In this document: positions 35,001 to 48,545 of the stretch, in pieces
Layout: every line of letters starts with the position of its first letter
How positions within the stretch are numbered: the first letter of the stretch is position 1
NCBI RefSeq assembly: GCF_001194135.2
Contig: NC_068986.1
Coordinates: 67,096,467-67,160,169, forward strand
Length of the DNA stretch: 63,703 bases
Reading direction: 5' to 3'
Origin: Octopus bimaculoides
Taxonomy: Eukaryota
Position numbers and translations under genes: made by a program
Notes under the pieces: model-generated
Database searches by the model: none
Told to the model about the DNA's origin: nothing
Seen by the model: only the letters and a program-made list of their open reading frames with translations

Positions 35001-35460
35001 TATCATTCAACCACGGTAGTGGTTGAATATATTCTTAAGTCCACCATTTCGTCAATCGCAGCAGCTTCCAAGCTTCACCACTAATTCAGTTCTCAACTAA
35101 ATTGTAAACTGTTAACAGTTTTAAAGTGGACACACCCTCAGCTACACTTTGGCATAAATAGTTTGAGATTTTGTTCAGTAGGAAAAAATGTTATATCAAA
35201 ATATCTGCGACATCAAGGGGGGCAGTAAGGCAGATATTCGTCTTCAATTAACAAAAATGTTTTAATTTTAAATTTAATGTATACTTTTCTTAGGCTTAAA
35301 TGATAGAAAAATGCATGAGGAATTTAGAATCGCTAGTCGCATTGAACAAAAATTAGTAGAAAAGGAGTTATGAGGTAAAATGTTACGAAATTTCATGTCA
35401 GTAAGGAAGTAAAGGAGTAACTCTCTAGCAATAAGAATAAATAAAGAATATCTTTCTAAA
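35001..35460 (+). repeat. Unclassified 460-bp sequence duplicated at 61431-61889
   Basis: Colinear direct copy with high identity by eye; shared blocks such as CAGCTTCCAAGCTTCACCACTAATTCAGTTCTCAACTAAATTG. Confidence 0.9.
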
Positions 35461-35520
35461 ATGACCGCATACTTTAAAAGCCTACTGAACCTTTTGTTAC
35501 CCCATACGTCAAAATCGCAA

Positions 35521-35700
35521 CTCATTCTGGCCATGCTGGAGCACCGCCTTTAGTCGACCAGGTAGACCCCAGGACTTATACTTTGTAAGCCTAGTACTTA
35601 TTCTACCGGTCACTTTTGCCGAACCGCTAAGTTACGGGGACGTAAACACACCAGCATCGGTTGTCAAGCGATGTTGGGGGACAAATGCAGACACACAAAC
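35521..35700 (-). mobile_element. SINE-like family D
   Basis: Reverse complement of the family D blocks. Confidence 0.85.
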
Positions 35701-35733
35701 ACACGCACACACACACATATATACATATACATA

Positions 35734-35894
35734 TATACGACCGGCTTCTTTCAGTTTCTGTCTACCAAATCCACTCACAAGGCCTTGGTCGCCCTAGGCT
35801 ATAATAGAAAACACTTGCCAAAGGTGCCACGCAGTGGGACTGAACCCGGGACTATGTTGTTGGTAAGCATGCTACTTATCACACAGCCACTCCT
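35734..35894 (-). mobile_element. SINE family A
   Basis: CCAAATCCACTCACAAGGC..GTGCCACGCAGTGGGACTGAACCCGG. Confidence 0.9.
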
Positions 35895-36469
35895 GATATA
35901 CATACATACATGCATACATACATACATACATATNNNNNNNNNNNNNNNNNNNNNNNNNNNNNNNNNNNNNNNNNNNNNNNNNNNNNNNNNNNNNNNNNNN
36001 NNNNNNNNNNNNNNNNNNNNNNNNNNNNNNNNNNNNNNNNNNNNNNNNNNNNNNNNNNNNNNNNNNNNNNNNNNNNNNNNNNNNNNNNNNNNNNNNNATT
36101 AAGGGATCAGCAACAGTTGCTTAACCACATACCAAAATTTAGAAATAGCAGTTAAAGTGCTATCTGTTGGAGTCTTATTTTAGAATTAGCACTTTAACTG
36201 CTATTTCTCAATTTCGGTATGTGGTGAAGCAACTGTTGCTGATCCTTTAATTATGTTTATAAATTTAAAAGAACTTTTTAAATAAGTTCTTTACCGATAA
36301 TGGCTTTTTACATACCGAACTACTTGGTAAAAATTATTAATTAATTAATAATCCTTTGCCCCGTATTTATATATATATATATATAAAGATAATAAATGTT
36401 GGAGTTGATCCATTTGACTAAAGATCCATCAAATGGATGAACCCCAGCACTTATTTTCTTTTTAACTCA

Positions 36470-36615
36470 AGGACTTAGTTTTCCATCAACCAAATCTGCT
36501 CACAAGACTTTGCTCATCCGGAGACTATAGTAGAAGACACTTGCCCAAGGTGTTAAGCAGTGGAGTGAACCCGGAACCATATGATTGGGAAGTAAGCTTT
36601 TTACCACACAGCCAC
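36470..36615 (-). mobile_element. SINE family A
   Basis: TATAGTAGAAGACACTTGCCCAAGGTG..GAACCCGGAACC. Confidence 0.85.
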
Positions 36616-37174
36616 AATAGCATTAAATTGAAATGATTCCGTAGATATGGTTCTTATGTTTTGTTCTGTGTGGGTTTTCCAAAACAATTATGAAATTTGT
36701 TACTTAAATAGAATTTATGGCTATTTGAAAATAAGGGCATTGTAAATATAGTATCTGTATTTCTCCATTGTTATAGATGAAGAAATGCAATAATGAAGTG
36801 GAGATTTCAATATAAATTGTAGAAAATATGTAATTAGAAATAGACGGAGAAAATAAAAGCTGGAAAATATATAATTAGTCGTTCTTCCACTTGGTTTACT
36901 GTGAAATTAATTGTTGGCTACTTCCCCCATGTTACTGTCTTACATCTTCACCCTTCTTCAATCACGTGTTTTCATCTACAGTTCCTTATATGGTTAAGTA
37001 ATTATGTATATGTCGGTACCTTTGTTTTTCTCCATCCGTCTCCATCTGGTTGAATTTTGTTTCCCTTACATTATTTTCCCCTATTCTATGTAGCATGATT
37101 TTATGTCTTATGTTCGTTCTGTTAATCCGCCTTAACTATGAAAATGTCAATAATATATTGTCTTTCACAGTCTT

Positions 37175-37385
37175 AAAACCGCGACCTGGCAGACTCTTTA
37201 GCACATGGAACAAAATGCTTAGCAGCATTTGGTCTGTCTAGTTTTCTGCCGAGCTCATGTTCTCGTTTTATACTTTCGTAGTCGATAAAATAAGTACCAG
37301 TTGAGCCCTGGAAACAATGTAATCGACCTACCCACTGTCGCAAAATTGCTAGCCCTGTACCAAAATTTGAGACCAATATATTTCT
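37175..37385 (+). mobile_element. SINE-like family C
   Basis: CTGGCAGA..AAATGCTTAGC..GTCGATAAAATAAGTACCAGTTGAGC. Confidence 0.8.
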
Positions 37386-37594
37386 GACAGTTTTCTGAAG
37401 GGTTTTGAAGTTATTAAAAGATAACCTTTTCATGGACATAAAACCTTGTGAAAAATTCTTTCTTGAGGTTTTTTATAAATTTAAAATTGTTTGAACAATT
37501 CTTTTTCTTAAATTGTTGAAATGGTGATAATTTTTCGAAAAGGATCAGTTGTAAAGATGAATATGGTTTTTGTCGATTATGTGAGTAATCTGTT

Positions 37595-38220
37595 TGAGCA
37601 GAAATGAAGGCGACGGTGGAGCATTTAAACTAGTGGTTATTTACGCTCCGACAGGAACTGGATGGTCGGATTTCATTAAAAGCCTAGAAGCTTTACGAGT
37701 AATGTGTCGTTGTTTAACGTAAGTGTATAAGTGGAATTGGATTTTTTGACATTCGCAAACATTATATTGGGGTACCCGATCGGATAGTGGCATGGAAAAG
37801 CCTCGCAAACCTTGATATTTCCAACTGTGTAACGTATTTCGCCTCGATTTTCACAATGGCCATTATGGACCTGGTCAGCTCGCAGTGGGATATTTAGTTC
37901 TTATTTATGAGCTTCTTTCAGGTTAAGAGATGAATTTAGCATAACTTATTCACAGTCTCAGATAGTTGGCTATCCAGGTCTTGGTCATCTAAGAAAGACG
38001 AAGGACAATTATATTGTTTCTGTAAGATGAAAGCATACTTCCCGACGCGGAAGCATTTCAGGAATCGAATTAGTGTACAACTTAATTGAGAATTAAGTGG
38101 AACAATGATCAGCCACTGGAGATGGGTTTCCCTGAAAAGAAAAAATGAAGAAGTTGGCTTTATGAAAGAGATTGTTTTAAGGAACAGCAGAATAGCAAAG
38201 AGAGTAGATGTGCATGGAAG
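37595..38220 (+). mobile_element. L1/Tx1-type APE endonuclease remnant
   Basis: GGAFKLVVIYAPTG..F, ..FQL...RLD.., and RKHFRNRIS..WRWVSLKR resemble the Tx1 ORF2 N-terminus; heavily disrupted. Confidence 0.6.
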
Positions 38221-38932
38221 AGGCATCATTAACCACTAGCTAGCAGTGAGAATGGCGCTCTACCATTTCTTTGACACGAAATAGGTACGGCGTGTTGTTC
38301 AACCTAGGACATGTAGTCTGATACATGAGGTCAACGAAAAATATACTTTGAGCTCGGTTGATAGGAGTGCAGCATGGCAACAGAGCCAACAGAGCTAGAA
38401 TCCGGTCTATGACGAACCTCGGCGGATGTGTGACCTCTAATTCTAAAGGAACGAGTGCGGTTAACTGTTTGCTGTGTTTCATTGAGGCAGTGTTGGACAT
38501 GTGCTAAGCCACCGTATAAAGAGAGCAAAAATGGGATCTGCTGATCTGCCCTATGAGTTATATTTTCACACGCCAGATTCGTTTGTTCCTATCTTAGCAG
38601 CGGTTTATTGCAGCTGGCAGGTGACTGCTGATTAGAAGCATTCCCAGTCGAGTGAGCCGCCAAGTGGTGACACTGCTGAGAAATGATCAGAACAAAAGGG
38701 ACACGACAGAAAATGTCGGACTATAAATCTGCCCAACACAAAGTTAAATATTTTGGGAAAGGTGCTCACAGAGAGACTAATGAGGCTGAATACTTCTACC
38801 TTGAATATGTTTTTTTTTTATTTCGTTTACATCTTGAGCCTTTGTGGTCAATAAATAAATCAATTAAAAAAACTCCACCTCTTCCTCATCTTCATCACAT
38901 ATTATTATTATCGTTATTATCACTATCATATT

Positions 38933-39072
38933 TAGGCGTAGGCGTAGCTGTATAGGTAAGAAGCTTACTTCCCAGCCACGCACGAGGTACACTGGATAAG
39001 TTTCTTCCATTAAAGCCCTGGGCAGACCAAAACATTGTGAGTGGATTCGGTAACTGAAAAAAGCCCATCGTC
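38933..39072 (+). mobile_element. SINE family A
   Basis: GGCGTAGGCGTAGCTG..TAAGAAGCTT.CTTCCCA..GTGAGTGGATT.GGTA. Confidence 0.8.
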
Positions 39073-39194
39073 AGGGTATTCGGGCTAAATTTGACAGTTT
39101 GCATAAAAGGAAATGAAAACACAATATCCTGTCCATAAATAAAATTGTTTGAAGAAATACCAATTAGATTATGGCTGGGAGATAACAGTTTACT

Positions 39195-39790
39195 CAAATT
39201 TGCTGCTCTAGGCTTCCACGATGGCGTCAAGGCAGCTCAAGAATCTGGTTCATGCGTTCCTCACTGTGTTGCATGAACGATCTTTGAACACCTCTTCGAT
39301 CTTGCTCCCCAGCTAGGATTTGTTGCAAAGAGAGTAATTGGAGTTGGACAGGTTGAAGAAATACTTCGACAACCACTTTTGAATCTCTTTAGAGATATGA
39401 CAAGGAACTGAATTCTACTGCCATACACATGGCATTCCAACTGCAGCTTTCTGCAGCCGGTGATTGACAACTGTCTCCAGAATTTTCATATAGCCGTCTG
39501 AATTGAGCCTAAGGCCCTCTTAAAGTATGTGAGGCTGAATCCCGGCATGCAGACGCAGTTAGAATACCTGTTTTCCCACTTCCTGCGGGTCAAGGCTTTG
39601 CCGTTTCCGTTGCAGCTGTCCATGTCACATTTTGTAGTCTATACACTGTTCACAGAGCATTGAGTAGCAGTCATGATGTCGCCATTTTGATATCTAGCGC
39701 GAACCATCCTGATACGAGTAATTCTTATTCAGATGGCTTCCAAATCTTCCAGGTCAGCTCAGTTTTTCTCAACTACAACTTTTATCTTTA
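39195..39790 (-). pseudogene. Tc1/mariner (maT/DD37D-like) transposase remnant
   Basis: GLRLNSDGYMKILE, VWQ*NSVPCHISKEIQKWLS, KIEEVFKD..TVRNA..RF..L.AIVEA; third catalytic region deleted, so the subfamily is inferred. Confidence 0.75.
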
Positions 39791-39879
39791 TGCTCTCTAA
39801 CGCTTTTGGCTGTTCACCAATACATCAAGGCGTTCCTGAAAAAAAGAAGACATTAAAAAATCCTCTATACATCTGTGTG

Positions 39880-40080
39880 CATGTTTATCCTCCATTCACC
39901 CCCTACTTGACAATCGGCATTGTCTGCTTATGTTACATAGCGCTTCGGCAAAAGAGACAATAGAATAAGTACTAGACTCCAAAACACAAGGGGTCGCTTG
40001 TTCTACTAAATCCGTTGAATACAGTACCCAAGTACTACTGAAATCCAATGACTAAGCAGGTGTAAGATAAAAGATAATAA
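39880..40080 (+). mobile_element. SINE-like family D
   Basis: CTTGACAAtCGG..TTCGGCAAAAGAGAC..ATAGAATAAGTACTAG. Confidence 0.75.
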
Positions 40081-40487
40081 ACATGTCTTTATATTCATTT
40101 TTTCACGCTGTTATATTAATCTTCAGCTCTCCACATTCTCATCCCACAATTTCTATTAATTATTTTTCTTTCGTATTTCTTTTTTTATATTTATGATTTT
40201 ATATTTCATGTTTCTCTTTACTCCATACAATGATAGTTTTATTTATATTTGTTCTTCTTTTATTACTTTTATTTTTAAGTTTTCAAACTAATTCGACCTG
40301 ATTACCATACGCCTCTTATACGGCTCCGGCACGCTGTTGTGCTATCATCATTGTTGTCGATAACATACCGGCTTTTTAATGGTTATTTGTTGACCACCAA
40401 TTTGTTTTTGCTTAGCAGTAACGGAGTATTTAAGTCGGCTGTGCATAAACAATTTCAACTATATTACATACATACAATTATACATGC

Positions 40488-40720
40488 TGTCACTGCGTCG
40501 TTTCCGACGACAAGGATTTCAGCTGATCCGATCAACGGAACAACAAGCTCAAGAAATTAACGTGCTAGTAGCTGAGCACTGCACAGACCAGTGTACTCTT
40601 AACGTAATTCTGAGGGAAATTCAGCGTGATACAGAATTTGACAAGGTTGGCCCTTTCAAATACAAGTACAACTCATTTTTGCTAGCTGAGTGGACTGGAG
40701 CAACGTGAAATAAAGTCAAT
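40488..40720 (-). mobile_element. SINE family B, 3' part
   Basis: GATCCGATCAACGGAACA..GCTGAGCACT..CAGCGTGA..GCTGAGTGGACTGGAGCAACGTGAAA. Confidence 0.8.
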
Positions 40721-40750
40721 CTTTACTTAGCCCTACACATGAATATACAC

Positions 40751-40801
<51 letters not shown>

Positions 40802-42529
40802 TCAATTTAGAAGAAAGGTATGTATCGATTTAGAAGAAAATGTTATACAACATGTCCACCCAACTGTCGATCCTTAATATCACAAGCAACCACAGACGGT
40901 TAATTGGATTAATTAATCTAACTTTAAAATTAAAGCTATAAGAAATGATTACATTTTAATATGTTATACATTAAAAACGTATTTTTTAAATTTCTCATTC
41001 AAGCAAAAATATTCAGTCTTTACGTAGTCGTTGGACAGCGAGAAATAGCAGCCACATTTTCCTCCGCTCTTTAATGTTTTAAAAATGGAAATAACATAAT
41101 GAACTATCAAATATTCGATACCCATAGAATGACGAAATTTGGATACCTGTCATATCAATCATCATAAGTCTTCTCGATCGGGTGTGACTTGGGTCTACTC
41201 AACAACAAACAGCCTAATTTACTCTTTTTTGTATATACACAATCATAGGCTGTACCATTTATTACGGATAAAATTAAGAATCATTTTTGTTAATCGGTCT
41301 CTCAACTTTTGTGTTGAGTAAATGTGTTGTGGTAATTTGTGCTAAGTTAACAAAAATTCTCTGGTAATTTTTGTTTTTCTGAACAATATCAGTGTTTTCT
41401 TAATATTCTTATATATGTTGAGCCACGTATGAAGATCCACGTAGCGAAGTACTTCCGTTTTACAATTAATGAAGATTAATTTTTTTTTTTCTGAACGAGC
41501 AAATAAGTCGACGTTCTCTGTCTAAATACTAAAAAATTCGACGTCGCATCTGATCTGTCCGAAATCAATAAAACAATAAGTGGACGTGCATCGAGGCGAA
41601 TCTATCAAATATAAACCATCCGTACACATTCATGTTCTTGTATCAAATATAGAAATGTATATGACCTCAGAATTCAAATCAAAGGAAGATGCAGAGGACA
41701 ATATTAGAACTTTTATGGATGTATCCGCCTCCATTTTGGCGACTTTTACTGATAAAATCAATGCAGCAATATTCTCTATAATAATTGTTTTTTGTTTTCC
41801 TTTCACACAACATTTCTCTCTGATGGTGCCGAGGAGTTTATAACTTAATGATCTAAATGGATATTTATGTTGCAGGCTGTTGTCGATTACATTATATAGT
41901 TTATCTTTGTTATCTAAATCGTATGTACTGTACAAATAGGGAAATACATTTTCTTATCAGAATAGCATGTAAAGAGGATTAATGCGTTAAAACAAGATTA
42001 GTTGCTAGAAACACACTAGAGTGTTCCAGCATTTTTACACTGAAAACGACTCGTCCTTTTGGCTCATATCCAGCTTAAAGACGAACCATTCCGACTGAAT
42101 GACCCAAAGAATCTGAAAAATTTCCGCCTGAACTCAAGTAGAACTCTTACAAAGAGTTTAATGAAAAGCGAAATATATAATTACTAATTTCTCTACTTGT
42201 TTTTCTGTTGGCAAAAATTCCTCTTTTAACTACCAACTATATTTAGTACGTTATTTTGAATGGGAACATCTTCCATAGGAGTTGCATTTCCCCACACACT
42301 TCCCATAACACTTGTGTGAAAAAAGGTATGTATGTATGTAAAAGCTTATGTATGTGTAAATGCATGCAAGTAAATATGTATGTGTATGTGTATCTATGTT
42401 TACATGTGTTTGCATTTGTGTAAGCCAACACCTATGTACGCTGTGCTTTCAGAGGGAGGAAGAAAGAGAGAGAACAACAGAAGGAAGTTGAGGAGGAGAG
42501 AGAGAAGGAGAAAGAGATAGATAGATAGA

Positions 42530-42586
42530 GATAGAGATAGATAGAGAGAAGAGAGAGAGAGTGAGAAGGAGAGAGAGTGAGAGAGG

Positions 42587-42645
<59 letters not shown>
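42530..42645 (+). repeat. (GA)n microsatellite
   Basis: Direct reading. Confidence 0.97.
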
Positions 42646-42649
<4 letters not shown>

Positions 42650-44061
42650 GAACAGAAACCGAGACTGATGCTTGTCAGTGTGGTTCTAAAATATTTCTGG
42701 CCAACTACCACAATAAATTATCTTTAATGTAGCTGAACAAAGTTATTTTACAGGAGATTTATTTGAAATAATTTATTATGACTTATATATGTAGCAGTTC
42801 GAAACACAATCGTACAAATATATATACAGGTACATCTTGCCAGTATCTAGTGGATAAGAAATCAGTCTCTTTTAGATAAAACAATAACTTAGTTGCAACA
42901 AGGATAATCTGGAATTAAGTACGTTAACCTCGAGACTTTATGCTGCTAGCAGTAGGAAATATTGTCATGTGACAAAATGTTGGCTGATATTCTGAAATAT
43001 GCGATTATGTTTTATATAGAGAATCAGATATGTTGAAGTCATCTTTCGAAGTTTTTGTAATTTCTCTCTCATGAAATTCCATGATCTCATCAGGTGATTG
43101 AAAGGTGTTAAAGGGAATTAAAGGTATAGCCTTGTGATTGAGAACTAAGTTTCAAAACAACATGATTTCGGGTTCAATCATACTGTCTGGAAGTCTGGCC
43201 TTTTGGAATGGTGTCTCTTATTATAACTTTGGGTCGCCTAATCCGTTGAAAGTGACCGTCTACAGGAACCAGTAAAAGGTACGTTCCTTTTGCCCAGTTT
43301 ATTACAACGCCTGACATTGGCTAACTTTAGTACAACCCATACAGTCGCATGTATTAGGGAGAGATCTGGAGTCCTACTTTACTTTTCTCTATATTACAAT
43401 CTTTCTTTATAGAAATGAATTATACTTAATTATAATTAGCAAGAACAAGGCATCCCTCGGAGTTGAGGAGCTAAGTGCTTTAGGCAAGAATCCAAAATAT
43501 ACGAACTGTGCTATGAATACTCTCAATGGTCACCTGTTTAGTGAAGATCTATTTAGTTAACATGTATCTAAAAGATTTTCTTTTAAATTTTGATTACTTT
43601 GCAACATCTCATTAACAGAAACTTGTAATAAACTTTCAAAGCGTCATCTTTATTTATTTAGATAAGATTACTTAAATAGAAACCTAAAACCAACGGTTGT
43701 AATGAGGCCGTTAAAAAAAATTAGAGACGTTTCGCTAACAATGTTTATTCCTTTATATTAAACACTGTTTTCTCCTCTTTGATGAACATTAATATCACAG
43801 AACGTAATTTCATTATCATAGATTTTCTATTAATATTTCATCATCTCCCTTATTTGATGCAATTTTAAATGCCATATCAGATCGATTTACGCAGTGTAAA
43901 TACTATATCCATGCCTGTAATAGAAATGCAAATTAATACAGAAAGATTCTTGAGATTTGTTTTGATTTCGATGACATGCTTTAAGATGTGGCATATTTTA
44001 TATTAGGAATCCTCGACAAACATTAAGGTCTAACCTTCAGCTACATATATATATATATATA

Positions 44062-44224
44062 TAGGCATAGTTGTGGTTGTGTAGTAAGTTTGCTTCCCAA
44101 CCACATGTATCCGGGTTAACACAGCGTGGTACTTTGGGCAAGTGTGTTCTAGACCCTCGGGATGATGAAGGCATTATGAGTGGATTTGGTAGGCGTAGAC
44201 GGAAACTGAAAGAAGCCTCTTGTA
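44062..44224 (+). mobile_element. SINE family A followed by long (CA)n to 44354
   Basis: CTTGGGCAAGTGT.TTCTA..TGAGTGGATTTGGTAG..CGGAAACTGAAAGAAGCC. Confidence 0.9.
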
Positions 44225-44244
44225 CATGCACACACATACACACA

Positions 44245-44371
<127 letters not shown>

Positions 44372-44702
44372 GTAAGTTCAAGATTCAAGTGAATCGAGTC
44401 CTTAAATAGTAAAGCAATAAGCTTGGGTCAATGAAATCGCTATCGCATACAAATTAAGATTAGAGGAATATATACGTACACACTGAAGTAAACAAGAATT
44501 TATATCCCAGTTGCATATACGATCACAGACAGCCGACTGAATATACCACAAGTCTCAAGGCTGCACTTTTCTACAAACATTGCATCAATTGTACTGAACT
44601 CAGTGGACACCAGATCCATTCTAATTGCAGGTTCCGAGTTAGGTGAACAATAAACAAATAACAATAGATGGATTGTGGTTCACTCACCACATCTGTTTCA
44701 AA

Positions 44703-44975
44703 CAGACGTGCTTTTTATTGATGAATAGAATTATTATATCATGCAGGTTCACAAGGTAAATATATGCTGAAATTAAACATTTCACAACCTCTTAGAATAT
44801 CCAAGTATTTGCCAGTTCACAACTCTCTAGCCATCTTCAGTCAAAGAATCGTGAAATGGCGCACACTTGGATTTTGAAAAATGTTTTGAAATTTTTAATT
44901 TGTGCACATATTCGACTAATGAAAACGTTTTATTCCGCATGATATAATAATTATTCATCAATAAAAACACGTCTG
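44703..44975. mobile_element. MITE with about 43-bp TIRs
   Basis: CAGACGTGcTTTTTATTGATGAATAgAATTATTATATCATGC versus GCATGATATAATAATTATTCATCAATAAAAACACGTCTG. Confidence 0.8.
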
Positions 44976-45029
44976 CAACAACTGTAGTGAGGAGGGAGCT
45001 GCAGACTATCTGTAGTTATTATATGTGTG

Positions 45030-45228
45030 TGTATGTGCGTTTGTCCCCCACCATCGTTTGACGACCGGTCTTGGTTTACGTCCACGTAGCATGGCGTTCG
45101 ACCAAACACACCGACAGAATAAAAACCAACGTTAAAAAGTTATGGGGTCAATATATCTGACTAAGAACTCTTCAAGGCGGTGCTCCAGCATGGTCACAGC
45201 CTATTGACTGAAAGAAGTAAAAGGTAAC
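45030..45228 (+). mobile_element. SINE-like family D
   Basis: GTCCCCCACCA..AAGGCGGTGCTCCAGCATGG..GACTGAAA. Confidence 0.8.
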
Positions 45229-45234
45229 TGGTGA

Positions 45235-45460
45235 AAGATTTGTGTATATGTGCGTGTATGAAAGTGTCTGTATGCGTTTATGAAGGTGTGTGTGCGTGCG
45301 TGTATGAACGTGTGTGTGCGTATATGAAGGTGTGTGCGTGTGTGAAGGTGTGTGTGTGTGTGTGCTTGTATGATAGTGTGTGTGTGTGTGTGTGTGCTTG
45401 TATGAAGGTGTGTGCGTGCGTATATGAAGGTGTGTGCGTGCGTGTATGAAGGTGTGTGAG
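45235..45460 (+). repeat. Degenerate minisatellite (TGAAGGTGTGTGCGTGCGTGTA)n
   Basis: TGAAGGTGTGTG recurs between (TG) stretches. Confidence 0.85.
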
Positions 45461-47221
45461 TTACATGCCTGGCTCTCTGCACTGGAAGTATTTTTGCCTT
45501 TATATAGAAGTGTGTATGTAAATATGTACATATTTAACAAATTTAACCCGAGTTGGAAAATATATCAAAGAAAACATGCCGATTAACAAAAATCAAATAT
45601 TTTGCCTTTGATATGAGATTACATTTCGGATAAAATTTCGGATAATATTTAATACTGGAATATTTCTAGCGGATTCAAGTTTCTCTATAAAGTTATTCTA
45701 TATTCATTAATTCATTATATTCTTTTGAATAATAATTTTCCTCTCTTCAGTTTCTTATTATATCGAGGATAAACTGAATACATAGCATTCGTTATTATGA
45801 AACTTAAGGAAAGATCACAGACGCGTTACGTTGGAGAATATTAATTATGTAATTAGCTTGTCGATCTATCAGAATATAATATCCTTTACTTGCGTAGGTT
45901 TTCATTGTAATGTTGAAGTGTGTATAGACACTGGATTTTAGTCGTTAGCGCAAATTAACTAATTTCGCATGCTCTTTTGTGTTTTCCACTTGATATAAGA
46001 GTTATTAGAAGAAACTTTAAGCATCTTAAGTGCCAGATGGAGAAATAACCATGGATGAGAATTATTCAAGTAGATATCTATTATTCAAGTAGATATAGAG
46101 GAGATTCTCCAATTGATATTATTGCTGACTGTGAACTCATGTGACAGTTCAAATCCGTTTCACATATTTCTATTTCCTTTTGTTAACTTAGCTATCCAAG
46201 TGGTTATATATACACCCCAAAATTCTAATTACTTTAGATTAGGATCATGCCCAAGCCGATGAGCAGGTTGTTCTTTAAACACACAGACAAAACCTACCCT
46301 CTATGTATGTACGAATACACACACGCACATAAACACACAGATACACACATACACACACACACGTGTATGTGTGTGCATCAAGTTCAGTTTTCATGACGGT
46401 AATGTTCCACGCTTAGTGCTTGGTGACTCAATGTCACTGAAAATCACTTTAAAATATTACGTTAAATCCTTGTAAAATGACAATGAAAATGAATCTTAAC
46501 GAATGTAGATCCATAGAATTATGAGGCAGTCATTTGATTTGATCTGCTCGATCTCATCAGCTACCTGAGCGCTTATAATTAAGCTTTAATGAGAGTGATA
46601 TCTTTTATGGAATACACGCCGTTAAGCACACAATATTTTGGGATAAGTGGTATATCTCATTGGTTTTTTTAATCGCCTGAGATACAGTAGCATGTCTGTT
46701 TTTTTAAGATACTCTAGGCACAGACATGGTTTCCTGGTTAGGAACGTTTTTTCACAATTACATAATTGCAGGTTCGATCTTACACCATGGTATTTTACAG
46801 CCTTTTATTGTAGCTTTAGTTCGTCCAATGCCTTGTGAGTAAACGTTGTGATACTGGAATCGTAGATGTATTAAGTCTACTGGGAACGTTATAATCGAAG
46901 CTAATTCAGACTGCCTATGAAATTCCAAAGAACTGACAAAGCTAATTTGACAACATGTGATCTTGTAAAAATCCTGTCGGTGCATTTGGAGTCTGAGTCG
47001 ATATTTTCAACAATACCTACATGCACATATGTGTGTCTGTGTGTGTGTCTGTGTGTGTGTCTGTGTGTCTGTGTGTGTCTTTGTGCGTGTATGTCTGTAT
47101 GTATGTCATTGTTCAGTTTTATTTCAAGCCTTCTTGCCAATAGAGAAAGAGCCGGTTTCTAACCGAGATCCAAGGCTCCTTCATTGGAATTTCAACATCA
47201 ACAAGGTATATTTGTGTGTAC

Positions 47222-47350
47222 GTATGTATGTATGTATGTATGTATGTATGTATGTATGTATGTATGTATGTATGTATGTATGTATGCATGTATGTATGTA
47301 TGTATGTATGTGTGCATGCATGCGTAAATGCATTTATGTATGTATGTATG
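47222..47350 (+). repeat. (TATG)n microsatellite
   Basis: Direct reading. Confidence 0.95.
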
Positions 47351-47559
47351 TATGTATCTGTGCAGATTTGTATGTTTGCCTTATGTACGTATTCTCATGC
47401 ATATAGTTGCATATCAAGACATGCTCATATATATTTAAATGGTAGACGTCTGGAAATTTTTACAGAATTTTACAGTTCCAGTGATAGATTGGAACTGAAG
47501 TCTTCGAATTACCTTTCTCCTTTCTGGTTTTGAGAAGCATAATTTCTCAAGATTGACAT

Positions 47560-48545
47560 TTAGCTAGTGTATTACATATCCAAGGGCCCCAATAGATACA
47601 GGTATAAACTTAAGCTTGTAATCTGGATAGAGTAACTGCAATAGTTCAGCGTAGGTATTCTCTTTTTCCCTGAACTTCGGCTTTATGTAAACATCCGCTG
47701 GACAGCTAATTTCCACAACTGTACACAGTTTCTCTTCTTTTTCCCAAATCATTATATCAGGTCTGTTGTGCTTACACTTTGAGGTCTTCACTGGAACATT
47801 CCACCAGTACTCCTTTTTATTGTGAGTGGCTATGGCTTCTACCATATTGTGGGTTCTTATTTTTTTGTCCTCAGGGTTATCGTTCCGACAGATTTCATCA
47901 TAGAGTGTCCTAGTTACATCATATCTAATCGGTAGATAATAACGTGACATTTTCAGACAACTGCTTATGATGTGGGTGATATCTTCGGAGCTAACTCCAC
48001 AAAGTCTGCATCGGTTGTAACATTTTATTGCTTTTCCTGCATCTATATCCCTTTTGTGCATCAGGTTCTTGGTTGATATTTCCTGTTCCTGGATTGCAAA
48101 CGCATACCCTTCAAAGTGGGAGGTAGTAATCCGGATATTGGTCCGTGATAGACTGCTTTGATGATCAAAGTTATTATCATCATGGAGCTTTCAACTAACA
48201 TATCTATGCATAGTCTTCTGCTCATACAGGTTCTACCTTTCATGTGATGATACGTTACAGTAGAGTCGTGCGATTTCTTTGGGCATATATTCTAGGTCAT
48301 CAGACAATGAATTTTGCTCAAAGAGCTGCCTTCCAAGTCTTATGATGTTATCAGCCTCATATATGTAAACTTGGTCAAGGGATGTACTTTGATACTTATG
48401 TTATGGAGTGACGAGATACAACATTCAAAAGCATTTGGGATCGATGTTAAGCCTCTGCCGCCTTGTTTTCGTTTTAGGTACAGGTGGTCTGCGTCACTGT
48501 TTATGTGGAAATGATGTGTGCTTGTTAGTATTTTCGGGTTTGCAT
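47560..48545 (-). mobile_element. Second R4/Dong-type LINE remnant
   Basis: KILT..FH.NSD.D.LYLKRKQGGRGL; CRLCG..EDITHIISSC; YWWNVPVKT..KHNRPDIMIW..VEISCP..IPV.IGALG. Confidence 0.9.

Noticed and set aside
38240-38680. GC-richer segment, possible LINE 3' remnant
   Set aside because: No frame gave a motif convincing enough to assign.
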